64,000 nt of DNA, from NCBI GenBank assembly GCA_029863275.1, contig JAOTVS010000003.1:18623-82622 (forward strand), given 5' to 3'. This stretch comes from Nitrosopumilus sp. (lineage in GTDB: Archaea; Thermoproteota; Nitrososphaeria; Nitrososphaerales; Nitrosopumilaceae). The notes under the pieces are model-generated. The model saw nothing but the letters and a program-made list of their open reading frames with translations. It searched no databases and was not told the origin of the DNA. Both the position numbers and the translations under genes were made by a program. Below are positions 26,751 to 35,101 of the stretch, piece after piece (the stretch's first letter is position 1; each line of letters opens with the position of its first letter).

Positions 26751-27986
26751 TTATCTCTTTTCTTCTAGGGTCTCAACGGCGATTTTTGCAGTATTTTCTG
26801 CTCCTTTTGAAACAAAATTCTTGGAAAAATCAAATAAATTCCCTTCAAATTCATCATAATTTTCTTTGATTGTTTTTATTGCCTTTATCACATCTTGAGT
26901 TTTGTTTGCTAAAATCCCTAAATTTTTCTCTTCTGCCCATTTGATATTATTTGTATGCTCATCATAAATGGGCAATCCAATTATTGGCTTTGATTTACCT
27001 CCTAATATTTCACCCATAACAGTATGTGAACCATTGACAACTGCATATTTACTTTGGTTCAACACCTCCTCTTTTTCTTGTTCGGAAAGAAAACCAACAT
27101 CAATTTGAATCCAATCAATTTTTTTCTCTAGGGCTTCAGAAATAGAGAATTTCATTCCATCTATTCCTAAAACGGAATTAATAGAAGGATCATTTTTTGC
27201 ATGAGATATTATTCTTTTCTCATTTTTTATTTCATCACTATGGAAAACTTGTTCATATCTTTCTCCTGTTCCATCATTAGTTGATTTGTTTCCAGTTCTC
27301 ATCCAATATCCAAATTCACAATCACGAATAATTTTTTCGAGATCTGAAGGTGAAGTTTTATTTTTAATTTTTTTATTCATAAAATGTCCCACGTAAGAAA
27401 CTTTATTTTTTACATCTTTTGTAAAATTTAGATTGAATTCACATAGTGTATAAGGTGGAGGAGAATCAGCGACAATAATTTTTTTTGCTTTCGCAATTTG
27501 TTTTGCTATAAAATAAAGTGAAGGATAAAAATATGCTCTTGAATTATACAATTTTGGTCTAAATTGATTTGTAATGAAAAGACTTGGTATGTTCCGATTT
27601 TTTGCTAAAATATTTGAACCCATATCACCATCATTAATTACCAAATCAAATTTTTCTTCATTATACAACTTTCTTTCCTCTCTCAAATAATCTATAATCT
27701 GATTTACTAGGGGAGGATTCTGTTTAATTGGTAATAAAAAATTCAACATTGAAAGCAAGATACTTGGACCAAATTTACCATCAATTGGTGTAGGCATCAA
27801 AATATTGTGAATTCTATCTCTTTTATCAGGAAATTTTTCTAACAATTTTTGATAAACGTGATCTTTGCTTGAGAAATGAGACTCAAATTCTTCATTCATG
27901 TATTCAGAGAATGCCTCATGAAACCTTATCATACGAGAATAATGACCACTACCCCACGGGTAAATAAATTCCCCTATTTTGTACAT
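26751..27986 (-). CDS. Glycosyltransferase, GT-B fold (GT1/GT28, MurG-like)
   Basis: 411 aa. N-terminal WGSGH motif and C-terminal nucleotide-sugar-binding-like region (VVNGSHTVMGEILGGKSKPIIGLPI). Confidence 0.55.
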   Translation of the reverse strand: MYKIGEFIYPWGSGHYSRMIRFHEAFSEYMNEEFESHFSSKDHVYQKLLEKFPDKRDRIHNILMPTPIDGKFGPSILLSMLNFLLPIKQNPPLVNQIIDYLREERKLYNEEKFDLVINDGDMGSNILAKNRNIPSLFITNQFRPKLYNSRAYFYPSLYFIAKQIAKAKKIIVADSPPPYTLCEFNLNFTKDVKNKVSYVGHFMNKKIKNKTSPSDLEKIIRDCEFGYWMRTGNKSTNDGTGERYEQVFHSDEIKNEKRIISHAKNDPSINSVLGIDGMKFSISEALEKKIDWIQIDVGFLSEQEKEEVLNQSKYAVVNGSHTVMGEILGGKSKPIIGLPIYDEHTNNIKWAEEKNLGILANKTQDVIKAIKTIKENYDEFEGNLFDFSKNFVSKGAENTAKIAVETLEEKR

Positions 27987-28017
27987 GACAAGAAATCTAT
28001 CAACGCCGTTTAAATTC

Positions 28018-29145
28018 TCAATGATTTTCTTCTAGAGAATCTAAAATATCATGCACGTTATTTGGCCCAATCTTTACCCTCACGGTTTTTTTTGTTTTTA
28101 TAGCAGATTTTACATCATTCTCTTTATTTTTAGGAATTTCTTTTGAATTCATTTGGATTACTTTATTTAATTTTTCAATCTGTTTCTCTAATCCAATTTC
28201 TTTTGCTATATCGAACATTTTTGTGTCAACTCCATTAAGAGGCAAAATTGGCAATTTATTATTTTGAAATATATTTTTCATTGAATTTTCAATAAATTCT
28301 TGTGAAAAAACTAAGGGAGATAGTGCTAATGAAACATAAGTCAATTGGTTTTTTTTGGCTTCATGAAGTAAAACTTCAATTACCAAATTTATAAAAATTC
28401 GATAATTTTTTGCCCCAATGGGATTTATCTTTACTTGAAAAAAATCTATTGAAACTTTTTCTTTTACTAGTCTTGGAATTATTTGATTAATTGTTTTTAC
28501 CAAATTTATTAATTCTGATTTCTTTCTATAACAGACTATTATCTTCGGGTCAAAACCTTGTTTTATTGTTTCAAAACAAGAAACTGCAGATAATTCATCA
28601 TATATGCAGCAAACGGTATTTTGTTTTTGTGAATTAAAAGATATTCCTCCCTGACCCTTATCAATGAAAATACAAATGTATGCATTATTTTTCGTCAAAT
28701 ACGTATAAAGTAACTTATCATAATTTTCCTCCGTACCTGGTCTTGCACCTAAATTAGATTTTTTTTCGATAATAGATGATGTTGCGGCAATCTCAACATC
28801 TTTTGGAAAAAATCCTTTTGATGTCCCCTCAACTTTAACAAGAAATTTCTCTCCTTTTAGTAATAGATTACCTCCCAGGGAAGTAATTTCAGATACCATT
28901 ATCTTAAAATCATTTTTTACTTGTCTGGCTATTGCCACCTTTTCAACTCCAAAAATTAAATTTATTGCAGATGAGGAAAATACAGGATCTCCGGAATGAA
29001 TTAAGATTACATCTCCATCTCGTTTAATCGATTGAAATTCTTGATTTCTAATTTTTAAAATTTTTTTAATATTTAAAATCAATTGAGGAATTTTATTCTT
29101 TGAAAATATTGTTGGAAAAACTACAACATACGATACTTCACTCAT
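28018..29145 (-). CDS. THUMP-like / ThiI-like domain protein, function unknown
   Basis: 375 aa. The central segment GEKFLVKVEGTSKGFFPKDVEIAATSSIIEK resembles a THUMP domain. No intact SGGxDS PP-loop seen. Tentative. Confidence 0.35.
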   Translation of the reverse strand: MSEVSYVVVFPTIFSKNKIPQLILNIKKILKIRNQEFQSIKRDGDVILIHSGDPVFSSSAINLIFGVEKVAIARQVKNDFKIMVSEITSLGGNLLLKGEKFLVKVEGTSKGFFPKDVEIAATSSIIEKKSNLGARPGTEENYDKLLYTYLTKNNAYICIFIDKGQGGISFNSQKQNTVCCIYDELSAVSCFETIKQGFDPKIIVCYRKKSELINLVKTINQIIPRLVKEKVSIDFFQVKINPIGAKNYRIFINLVIEVLLHEAKKNQLTYVSLALSPLVFSQEFIENSMKNIFQNNKLPILPLNGVDTKMFDIAKEIGLEKQIEKLNKVIQMNSKEIPKNKENDVKSAIKTKKTVRVKIGPNNVHDILDSLEENH

Positions 29146-29219
29146 CTTTTTTATTTTAAAATTTACTTGTTTATAATTTAGGATAAAACCAACGGGTAAT
29201 CATTATAAAACAACGAACA

Positions 29220-29951
29220 ATGAAAGAATTTATGGTAAAATTTACTCAAAGAGAACTCGATGAAATTAACCCTACCCTAAAAACTACTGAAGATGTTTTA
29301 AAATGGACATCAAATAATTTACATCCAAAAGTAGCAAAAGCTTCAAGTTTTGGAGCAGAAGATTCTCTTTTGATAGATATGATGATAAAGATTAATCCTA
29401 AATTTCGATTTTTTACTTTAGATACTGGTAGGTTACCTCAAGAAACATATGATATTATGGACATTCTTTCAAAAAAATACAATGTAGTTTTTGAGGTAAT
29501 GTTTCCAGAGGCGTCAGAAGTTAAAGAAATGGTTCAAACCAAAGGCATCAACCTATTTTATGATAGTGTTGAAAACAGGAGACTTTGCTGTGGAATTAGA
29601 AAAGTAAAACCCTTACGTAAGATGCTTTCAAATTTGGATGGATGGATAACTGGCATTAGAAGAGATCAGACTTCAACTCGAGAAAATGCCAAAATGCTTG
29701 AAATTGATGAAAAATATGACGGGATTGTCAAAGTTAATCCCTTACTTGAGTGGAGTTGGGATCAGGTTTGGAACTATATTAAAGAAAATAATGTTCCGTA
29801 TCACCCTCTTATCGACAAGGGGTATCCTAGCATTGGTTGTGATCCATGTACTAGAGCAGTAAAGGATGGTGAAGGTTTAAGAGCTGGTCGCTGGTGGTGG
29901 GAAAATGATGATACAAAAGAATGTGGATTGCATATGGCAGAGGGAGTATAA
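29220..29951 (+). CDS. cysH: Adenylylsulfate/PAPS reductase, thioredoxin-dependent; Fe-S (APS reductase) subtype by Cys pattern
   Basis: 243 aa. C-terminal ECGLH catalytic motif plus CC (RRLCCGIRK) and CxxC (GCDPCT) motifs. Confidence 0.85.
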   Translation: MKEFMVKFTQRELDEINPTLKTTEDVLKWTSNNLHPKVAKASSFGAEDSLLIDMMIKINPKFRFFTLDTGRLPQETYDIMDILSKKYNVVFEVMFPEASEVKEMVQTKGINLFYDSVENRRLCCGIRKVKPLRKMLSNLDGWITGIRRDQTSTRENAKMLEIDEKYDGIVKVNPLLEWSWDQVWNYIKENNVPYHPLIDKGYPSIGCDPCTRAVKDGEGLRAGRWWWENDDTKECGLHMAEGV

Positions 29952-31090
29952 TGAGTGACGGAGTAATCAAACCCCATGGTGGTATTCTAGTAAATCGAAT
30001 TAATAAAATCGATGCATCCGGAATGTTTTCAATATCAATTTCTGAAGATCTTGCAAATGATGTTGAAAATATAGCTGATGGAATTTTTAGTCCTTTAGAG
30101 GGATTTTTAGGAAAAGAAGATTTTGAAAATGTAGTATCAAAAGGAAAATTAGCAAACGGGTTAGCATGGACGATCCCTATTGTTTTAGATGTTGATGAAA
30201 CAACAGCTACAAAAATGAAGGAGGCAAGTGATGTTTTATTGCAAAATCATCAAGGATTAGGAGTTGCAGTCCTACATGTAGAAGAGACTTTTTCTTTTGA
30301 TAAAGAAAAAACTTCGAAGGGAGTCTACGGAACAAATGATATTTCACATCCTGGTGTTGCCAAAACTAAGAATATGAAAGATTTTCTGGTTGGTGGTAAG
30401 ATCGATTACATTCAAAGACCTGAGGAAACTGAACTTAGGAAAAATCGATTAACTCCTTTACAAACCAGAGAAGAATTTGCAAAAGCTGGATGGAAAACAA
30501 TTTGTGCCTTCCAAACACGAAATCCTCCTCATGTAGCCCATGAGATGCTTCAAAAAACCTCAATTACCACCAGAGATGGAGTTTTTGTCAATCCGATTAT
30601 TGGAAAGAAAAAATCAGGTGACTTTGTAGATGAGGTAATCATAAAATGCTATGAAACAATGATTCAAAACTATTATCCTGAAAATAGATGTAAACTTGGA
30701 ACCTTGCAAACTGAAATGAAATATGCCGGTCCAAAAGAGGCCATTCATCACGCTATAATGAGACAAAATTATGGCTGTACTCATATTATTATAGGAAGGG
30801 ATCATGCCGGAGTCGGAAATTTTTATGATCCTTTTGCGGCTCAAAAAATATTTGATGATTATCCTGAATTAGAAATTTCTCCTGTTTTCTTCCCTGCATT
30901 TTTCTATTGCAGGAAATGTTTAACCTATACAAATCCGAAGGTATGCCCACATAATGATGATTCAAAAGAGCAAATCAGTGGAACAAAACTAAGAGATATG
31001 ATCCAAAATGGCCAAGCCCCATCTGAATTTATTCTAAGACCAGAAGTAGCAAAAGTAATTCTAGATCATTCACATCCTTTTGTTGACTAG
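29951..31090 (+). CDS. sat: Sulfate adenylyltransferase (ATP sulfurylase)
   Basis: [11 protein letters not shown] and GRDHAGVG motifs. I place the start at ATG 29951 ([11 protein letters not shown]), which overlaps the cysH stop (TAATG), rather than the track start at 29921. Confidence 0.9.
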   Translation: MSDGVIKPHGGILVNRINKIDASGMFSISISEDLANDVENIADGIFSPLEGFLGKEDFENVVSKGKLANGLAWTIPIVLDVDETTATKMKEASDVLLQNHQGLGVAVLHVEETFSFDKEKTSKGVYGTNDISHPGVAKTKNMKDFLVGGKIDYIQRPEETELRKNRLTPLQTREEFAKAGWKTICAFQTRNPPHVAHEMLQKTSITTRDGVFVNPIIGKKKSGDFVDEVIIKCYETMIQNYYPENRCKLGTLQTEMKYAGPKEAIHHAIMRQNYGCTHIIIGRDHAGVGNFYDPFAAQKIFDDYPELEISPVFFPAFFYCRKCLTYTNPKVCPHNDDSKEQISGTKLRDMIQNGQAPSEFILRPEVAKVILDHSHPFVD

Positions 31091-31120
31091 ATATTTATTC
31101 ACTCAGAATTAATTTCACTT

Positions 31121-31786
31121 ATGAGATATCTTATAACCCTGATTATTATCTCAGGATTTCTTATTAATCCTGTGTTTGCTCAGGAACAAAAAAATCCTTC
31201 TATTATTATTGACACTATACAAATTCCATTCGATGAATTTAACAAAATTTCGCGAGATGCAATAATTATTGATTTAGAAAATGATCATGCAATAAGCTGG
31301 CAAATAACCATTGACAATAATCTTGTATATGAAAATCCAAATGGAAATGGCGTTATCAAGTTTTACGATAAAAATTCTGACAAATTTATAGAAATAGGTA
31401 TGGGGGCTCCACCCGCCGAAAAATTTTGGGTTGCAGTAAATACGGATCGAGAGGGATATGTAGTTGTACAAAGTGACACTAATAGAGGCTGGTATCCTGC
31501 AACAAAACTCATATTATCTTATACTGAAAGGGGAGGATTAACTGTAAACAATGGGGCAAGAATAACAGTTTCTAATCTAAATATTGGTTCATTTGTAATT
31601 GACTCTTACTCTGTACATGGATTGGAAGGCTCAACTGATCCCCTTGCAGTAAATTCTGGAAGCATGATAGTTGAATTTCTTTCAGGAGATCCCTCAGAAA
31701 ATATATTTGCATTTTTCCCATTTTATTTAGCCGCAGGGATTGGAGTTCTTGTAGGGGCCCTCTTTTTGACTAAGAAGCGGTCCTAG
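31121..31786 (+). CDS. Secreted hypothetical protein with C-terminal membrane anchor
   Basis: 221 aa. Signal peptide LITLIIISGFLINPVFAQ, and C-terminal hydrophobic helix plus basic tail (LAAGIGVLVGALFLTKKRS). Confidence 0.5.
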   Translation: MRYLITLIIISGFLINPVFAQEQKNPSIIIDTIQIPFDEFNKISRDAIIIDLENDHAISWQITIDNNLVYENPNGNGVIKFYDKNSDKFIEIGMGAPPAEKFWVAVNTDREGYVVVQSDTNRGWYPATKLILSYTERGGLTVNNGARITVSNLNIGSFVIDSYSVHGLEGSTDPLAVNSGSMIVEFLSGDPSENIFAFFPFYLAAGIGVLVGALFLTKKRS

Positions 31787-32429
31787 ATTGGTAATATTTA
31801 CAACTTTTTTTAATCTTACAAACATCACACATTGGAGTTATGGGTTTGCAAATATTTTGACCATACATCACAAATGTATCATTAATCTCTAGCCAAAATT
31901 TTCTAGGAATTTTCTCCATCAATTCCATCTCGGTTTCCTCAGGAGTTTTGGTTTCAACTAATCCTAATCGATTAGAAATCCTATGAACATGAATGTCAAC
32001 AGGTATTGCCGGTTTATCAAAAGCATAAACTAAAACACAATTTGCAGTTTTTCTACCTACACCTGGAAGCTCTACTAATTGTTCAAGATTGTCTGGTACT
32101 TTTCCTTTATATTTAAAATCAATTATCTTTGCAACCTCGATAATTCTTTTAGCTTTGATATGATAGAACCCAATTGGTTTGATAGTTTTTTCTACATCTT
32201 TTAACTTGGCATTTGCTAATTCTTTTGCATTTTTGTATTTAGAAAATAACATTTTGACTATTTTAGTTGTGCTTTCATCTTTTGTACGAGCAGATAATAT
32301 AGTTCCAATAAGTATGCTAAATGGTCCACCTGTTTCTGCCTCATGAAGCTCTCTAAGAGCAGTCATTCTTGGGGGGTTTACCGAATTCATTGTGTCCATC
32401 ATTCCTTGAAGAATTTTTTTCATTTCCAT
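31770..32429 (-). CDS. nth: Endonuclease III (DNA glycosylase / AP lyase)
   Basis: 219 aa. HhH-GPD motif LVELPGVGRKTANCVL, catalytic D in VDIHVHR, and C-terminal 4-Cys cluster CKPITPMCDVCKIKKSC. Confidence 0.9.
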   Translation of the reverse strand: MEMKKILQGMMDTMNSVNPPRMTALRELHEAETGGPFSILIGTILSARTKDESTTKIVKMLFSKYKNAKELANAKLKDVEKTIKPIGFYHIKAKRIIEVAKIIDFKYKGKVPDNLEQLVELPGVGRKTANCVLVYAFDKPAIPVDIHVHRISNRLGLVETKTPEETEMELMEKIPRKFWLEINDTFVMYGQNICKPITPMCDVCKIKKSCKYYQSRTAS

Positions 32430-32478
32430 CTAATTTTTTACGTACAAGTATTATATCTGTAATAGTAAACCAATAACA

Positions 32479-33633
32479 TTGGATCTAACTAGAGAAGAAG
32501 AATCTGCATTAAAAGGTGAACAAGGTGAAACTATGCAGACGGCTTATCGGATCTTAGTTGCAACAGGGGAAGCTACTGACGCTGAAAAACTTATTCCAAT
32601 AGAGTGGGCTCATCTTTCTGGAGTAAATTATAATACCATTGGGGATGCTGGGGAAGAATTTCTCTCTAGTATTAGTAAAGATGCAAGAGTAAAGGTGAAG
32701 ACTAGTCTTAATCCAATGGGATTTGATATTGATAATGTATCTAATTATAATCTAGATAATAATTTTATCTCAAAGCAATTATCCATTAAAAAATCATATG
32801 AAACAATGGGGGTTATCCCATCCTTTTCTTGCATTCCCTATGAAATTTTTGATAATCCAAAAAAAGGAACACAGGTATCATTTGCAGAAAGCAATGCTGC
32901 AATCCATGCAAATTCCTTTGATAATTTAAAAACAAACAAAGAAAGTGCATTTAGTGCTTTAGCAAGTGCTCTTACAGGAAAGAGCCCATATTCCTCACTT
33001 AGAAAAGCAACCTCATCTAAACTCACAATCCGAATGAAAGTGGATAATCCAAATGAACTAACATATGGAATGCTTGGATTTTTTGCTGGAAAGGTTGGTA
33101 ATGAATCAGTAAACATATCTGGAATAGGCCACATGGATCGTCGAAGCTGTAAATCACTTTGTGGAGGAATGGGTACTTCTGGAACTTGTGCAAAATTTGA
33201 TTTTGATGAGGATGATTCAGAATCTGAAAAAATTGATTTTGATGAAAACGAAATGAATAAAATTTATGATGAATTAAACACTTGTGAAAAAGGAGATTTA
33301 ATTACCTTAGGTAGTCCACAATTGGGATTAGAAGAAATTTCTGATTTAGCTCTAAGACTCAAAGGACGTTCGTTCAAAAAAAGATGCATGATATTTTGTC
33401 CAAGAATTATCAAAGAACAAGCGACAAAATTAGGACATACAAACAAGTTAGAACAAGCAGGATGTGAAATCCTTTCAGATTGTTGTACTTGCTTAACTCC
33501 ATTAATTAAAAAAGAAGAAGTAGATGCCGTAACTACCAATAGTATCAAAGGGGCTTATTATCTAAAAAATTCAAATGGGGTAGATGTAAATCTCAAATCA
33601 CTATCTGAAATTATCAAAGATGAAACTAAATGA
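32479..33633 (+). CDS. Aconitase X catalytic subunit (DUF521); probable phosphomevalonate dehydratase large subunit
   Basis: 384 aa. DUF521-like N-terminus (LTREEESALKGEQGETMQTAYRILVATGEA...AHLSG) and conserved Cys residues. Coupled (ATGA overlap) to a DUF126-like ORF. Confidence 0.7.
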   Translation: MDLTREEESALKGEQGETMQTAYRILVATGEATDAEKLIPIEWAHLSGVNYNTIGDAGEEFLSSISKDARVKVKTSLNPMGFDIDNVSNYNLDNNFISKQLSIKKSYETMGVIPSFSCIPYEIFDNPKKGTQVSFAESNAAIHANSFDNLKTNKESAFSALASALTGKSPYSSLRKATSSKLTIRMKVDNPNELTYGMLGFFAGKVGNESVNISGIGHMDRRSCKSLCGGMGTSGTCAKFDFDEDDSESEKIDFDENEMNKIYDELNTCEKGDLITLGSPQLGLEEISDLALRLKGRSFKKRCMIFCPRIIKEQATKLGHTNKLEQAGCEILSDCCTCLTPLIKKEEVDAVTTNSIKGAYYLKNSNGVDVNLKSLSEIIKDETK

Positions 33634-34022
33634 AAAAAATTTTAGTAAAAGGAAAAGTTAAAGGTGTAATTCTAAAATCTCAAAATCCAATAAATTTTCT
33701 CGGAACAATGGATAAAAAAACTGGAATCATAAACGATGAACATCACGATCTATTCCAAAAATCAGTCAAGGATACGATTCTGGTATTTCCTTATGGTATT
33801 GGCAGTAGTGTGGGGGCATACACAATCTATTCAATTAAATCAAATAATTCTGCACCTCTAGCGATGATTTGTGAAAAAGTAGATCTTACTGTGGCCACTG
33901 GATGTGCATTAGCAAATATTCCACTAGTCACTGTAACTGAGGAGGAATTTTCCTCCTTAGAAGACGGAAAAGAGATGTATCTAGATACTGATTCATCTAA
34001 TCCAATAACTTTTCTTGAATAA
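33630..34022 (+). CDS. Aconitase X swivel-domain subunit (DUF126); probable phosphomevalonate dehydratase small subunit
   Basis: 130 aa. The pattern ...INFLGTMDKKTGII...ILVFPYGIGSSVGAY is typical of DUF126. Confidence 0.65.
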   Translation: MKKILVKGKVKGVILKSQNPINFLGTMDKKTGIINDEHHDLFQKSVKDTILVFPYGIGSSVGAYTIYSIKSNNSAPLAMICEKVDLTVATGCALANIPLVTVTEEEFSSLEDGKEMYLDTDSSNPITFLE

Positions 34023-34614
34023 TTTCCCCTTTTGGATATTTTTCTTTAAACACTATTCCTTCAAATTTTTGAATTTCCACTTCATTATTTTGCCAAAAAT
34101 CTTTAGGCAATCCAGCTTTTTCACATGTATGCTCAAGAAATTCTTTTGTACTCCATTTATACTCAATTGGAACTTGAGGTAAAAGTAATCCAGAATTGTA
34201 TTCATATTTCACAATTAATCCATCTTGGCCAATTTTTATTTTTGACAAATATTCTTGTGAATCATCTACTTCGATTCTTTTCGGTGGTGAAAGGACAGTC
34301 ACCTCAAAAGTTATAGAATCAAGTTCTTCATATTTTACTGGAGGGAATCTAGGATCCTCCGTAGCTGCAGCAATGGTGGCCTCTTTTAGAGCATTAAACA
34401 ATTTTTTGTCAGGTAATGGATATCCTATACATCCTCGTAATCCTATTGAATTTTTTAGTGTGACAAAAACACCCGATTTAAACGAAAAATCTTCTTGAAA
34501 TTTTGTTTCCAACTCTGTATTGAAACCATTTTTTAAATATTCAGTAATTATCAATCTTGCAGTTTTTACAAGAATTTCGCCATTTTTTTTTGAAATCTTG
34601 AAATTATTTTTCAT
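33997..34614 (-). CDS. AMMECR1 domain protein
   Basis: 205 aa. Hallmark LRGCIGYP motif and DPRFPPV motif. Confidence 0.8.
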   Translation of the reverse strand: MKNNFKISKKNGEILVKTARLIITEYLKNGFNTELETKFQEDFSFKSGVFVTLKNSIGLRGCIGYPLPDKKLFNALKEATIAAATEDPRFPPVKYEELDSITFEVTVLSPPKRIEVDDSQEYLSKIKIGQDGLIVKYEYNSGLLLPQVPIEYKWSTKEFLEHTCEKAGLPKDFWQNNEVEIQKFEGIVFKEKYPKGEIIQEKLLD

Positions 34615-35101
34615 TTAATTCACTTACAATTTTTTGTAGATTTTTTATATGTGTGCCTTCCCAAAAAATTTGATCACAAAATTTGCATTGCCAAAACTTA
34701 TCATTAAGTTCTAAAATTTTGTTTGGAAATATTTCATGAATATTTTTTTTCATTATTGATTGAGTTTTAGAATTACATTTGGGACACCTTGCTTTTTCTC
34801 CATTTATTTCTATTAATTTTAAATTTAATTTATTTACTATCTCCTTTAACTGTTCAATCTCTTTTTGATTTTTTAAAAAGATAGATTTTATTCCGGTTCT
34901 AAGTCCTTTTCTAATCAATTCACCATCTCTAGAAATAATTACTCGCTTTTCATTTTTGGCAATTCTAATCAATTCATCATCTTCAATATTTGACGAATAC
35001 TTGACATCATAACCCATCAATCTCATTTTTTTTGCAATATTTCCTAACATTGCATCAACAAAAAAAGATGGTTCGGTTTTTTCTTTAAGAAGCATCTCCA
35101 T
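34604..35101 (-). CDS. Mut7-C (DUF82) PIN-like nuclease domain protein with C-terminal zinc ribbon
   Basis: 165 aa. FFVDAMLGNIAKKMRLMGYDV N-terminus, then CPKCN...CKFCDQIFWEGTH ribbon. Confidence 0.7.
   Translation of the reverse strand: MEMLLKEKTEPSFFVDAMLGNIAKKMRLMGYDVKYSSNIEDDELIRIAKNEKRVIISRDGELIRKGLRTGIKSIFLKNQKEIEQLKEIVNKLNLKLIEINGEKARCPKCNSKTQSIMKKNIHEIFPNKILELNDKFWQCKFCDQIFWEGTHIKNLQKIVSELNEK

Noticed and set aside
29921-29950. Track start of the sat ORF at 29921 ([10 protein letters not shown]...).
   Set aside because: This extension overlaps the 3' end of cysH. ATG 29951 gives the conserved ATP-sulfurylase N-terminus and a classic TAATG stop/start coupling.
31700-31786. C-terminal anchor of the 221-aa secreted protein as an archaeosortase (PGF/PEF-CTERM) sorting signal.
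   Set aside because: The hydrophobic helix plus basic tail is present, but the preceding tripeptide signature (PGF/PEF) is absent; the sequence reads FFPFYLAAG. Only a generic C-terminal anchor can be claimed.
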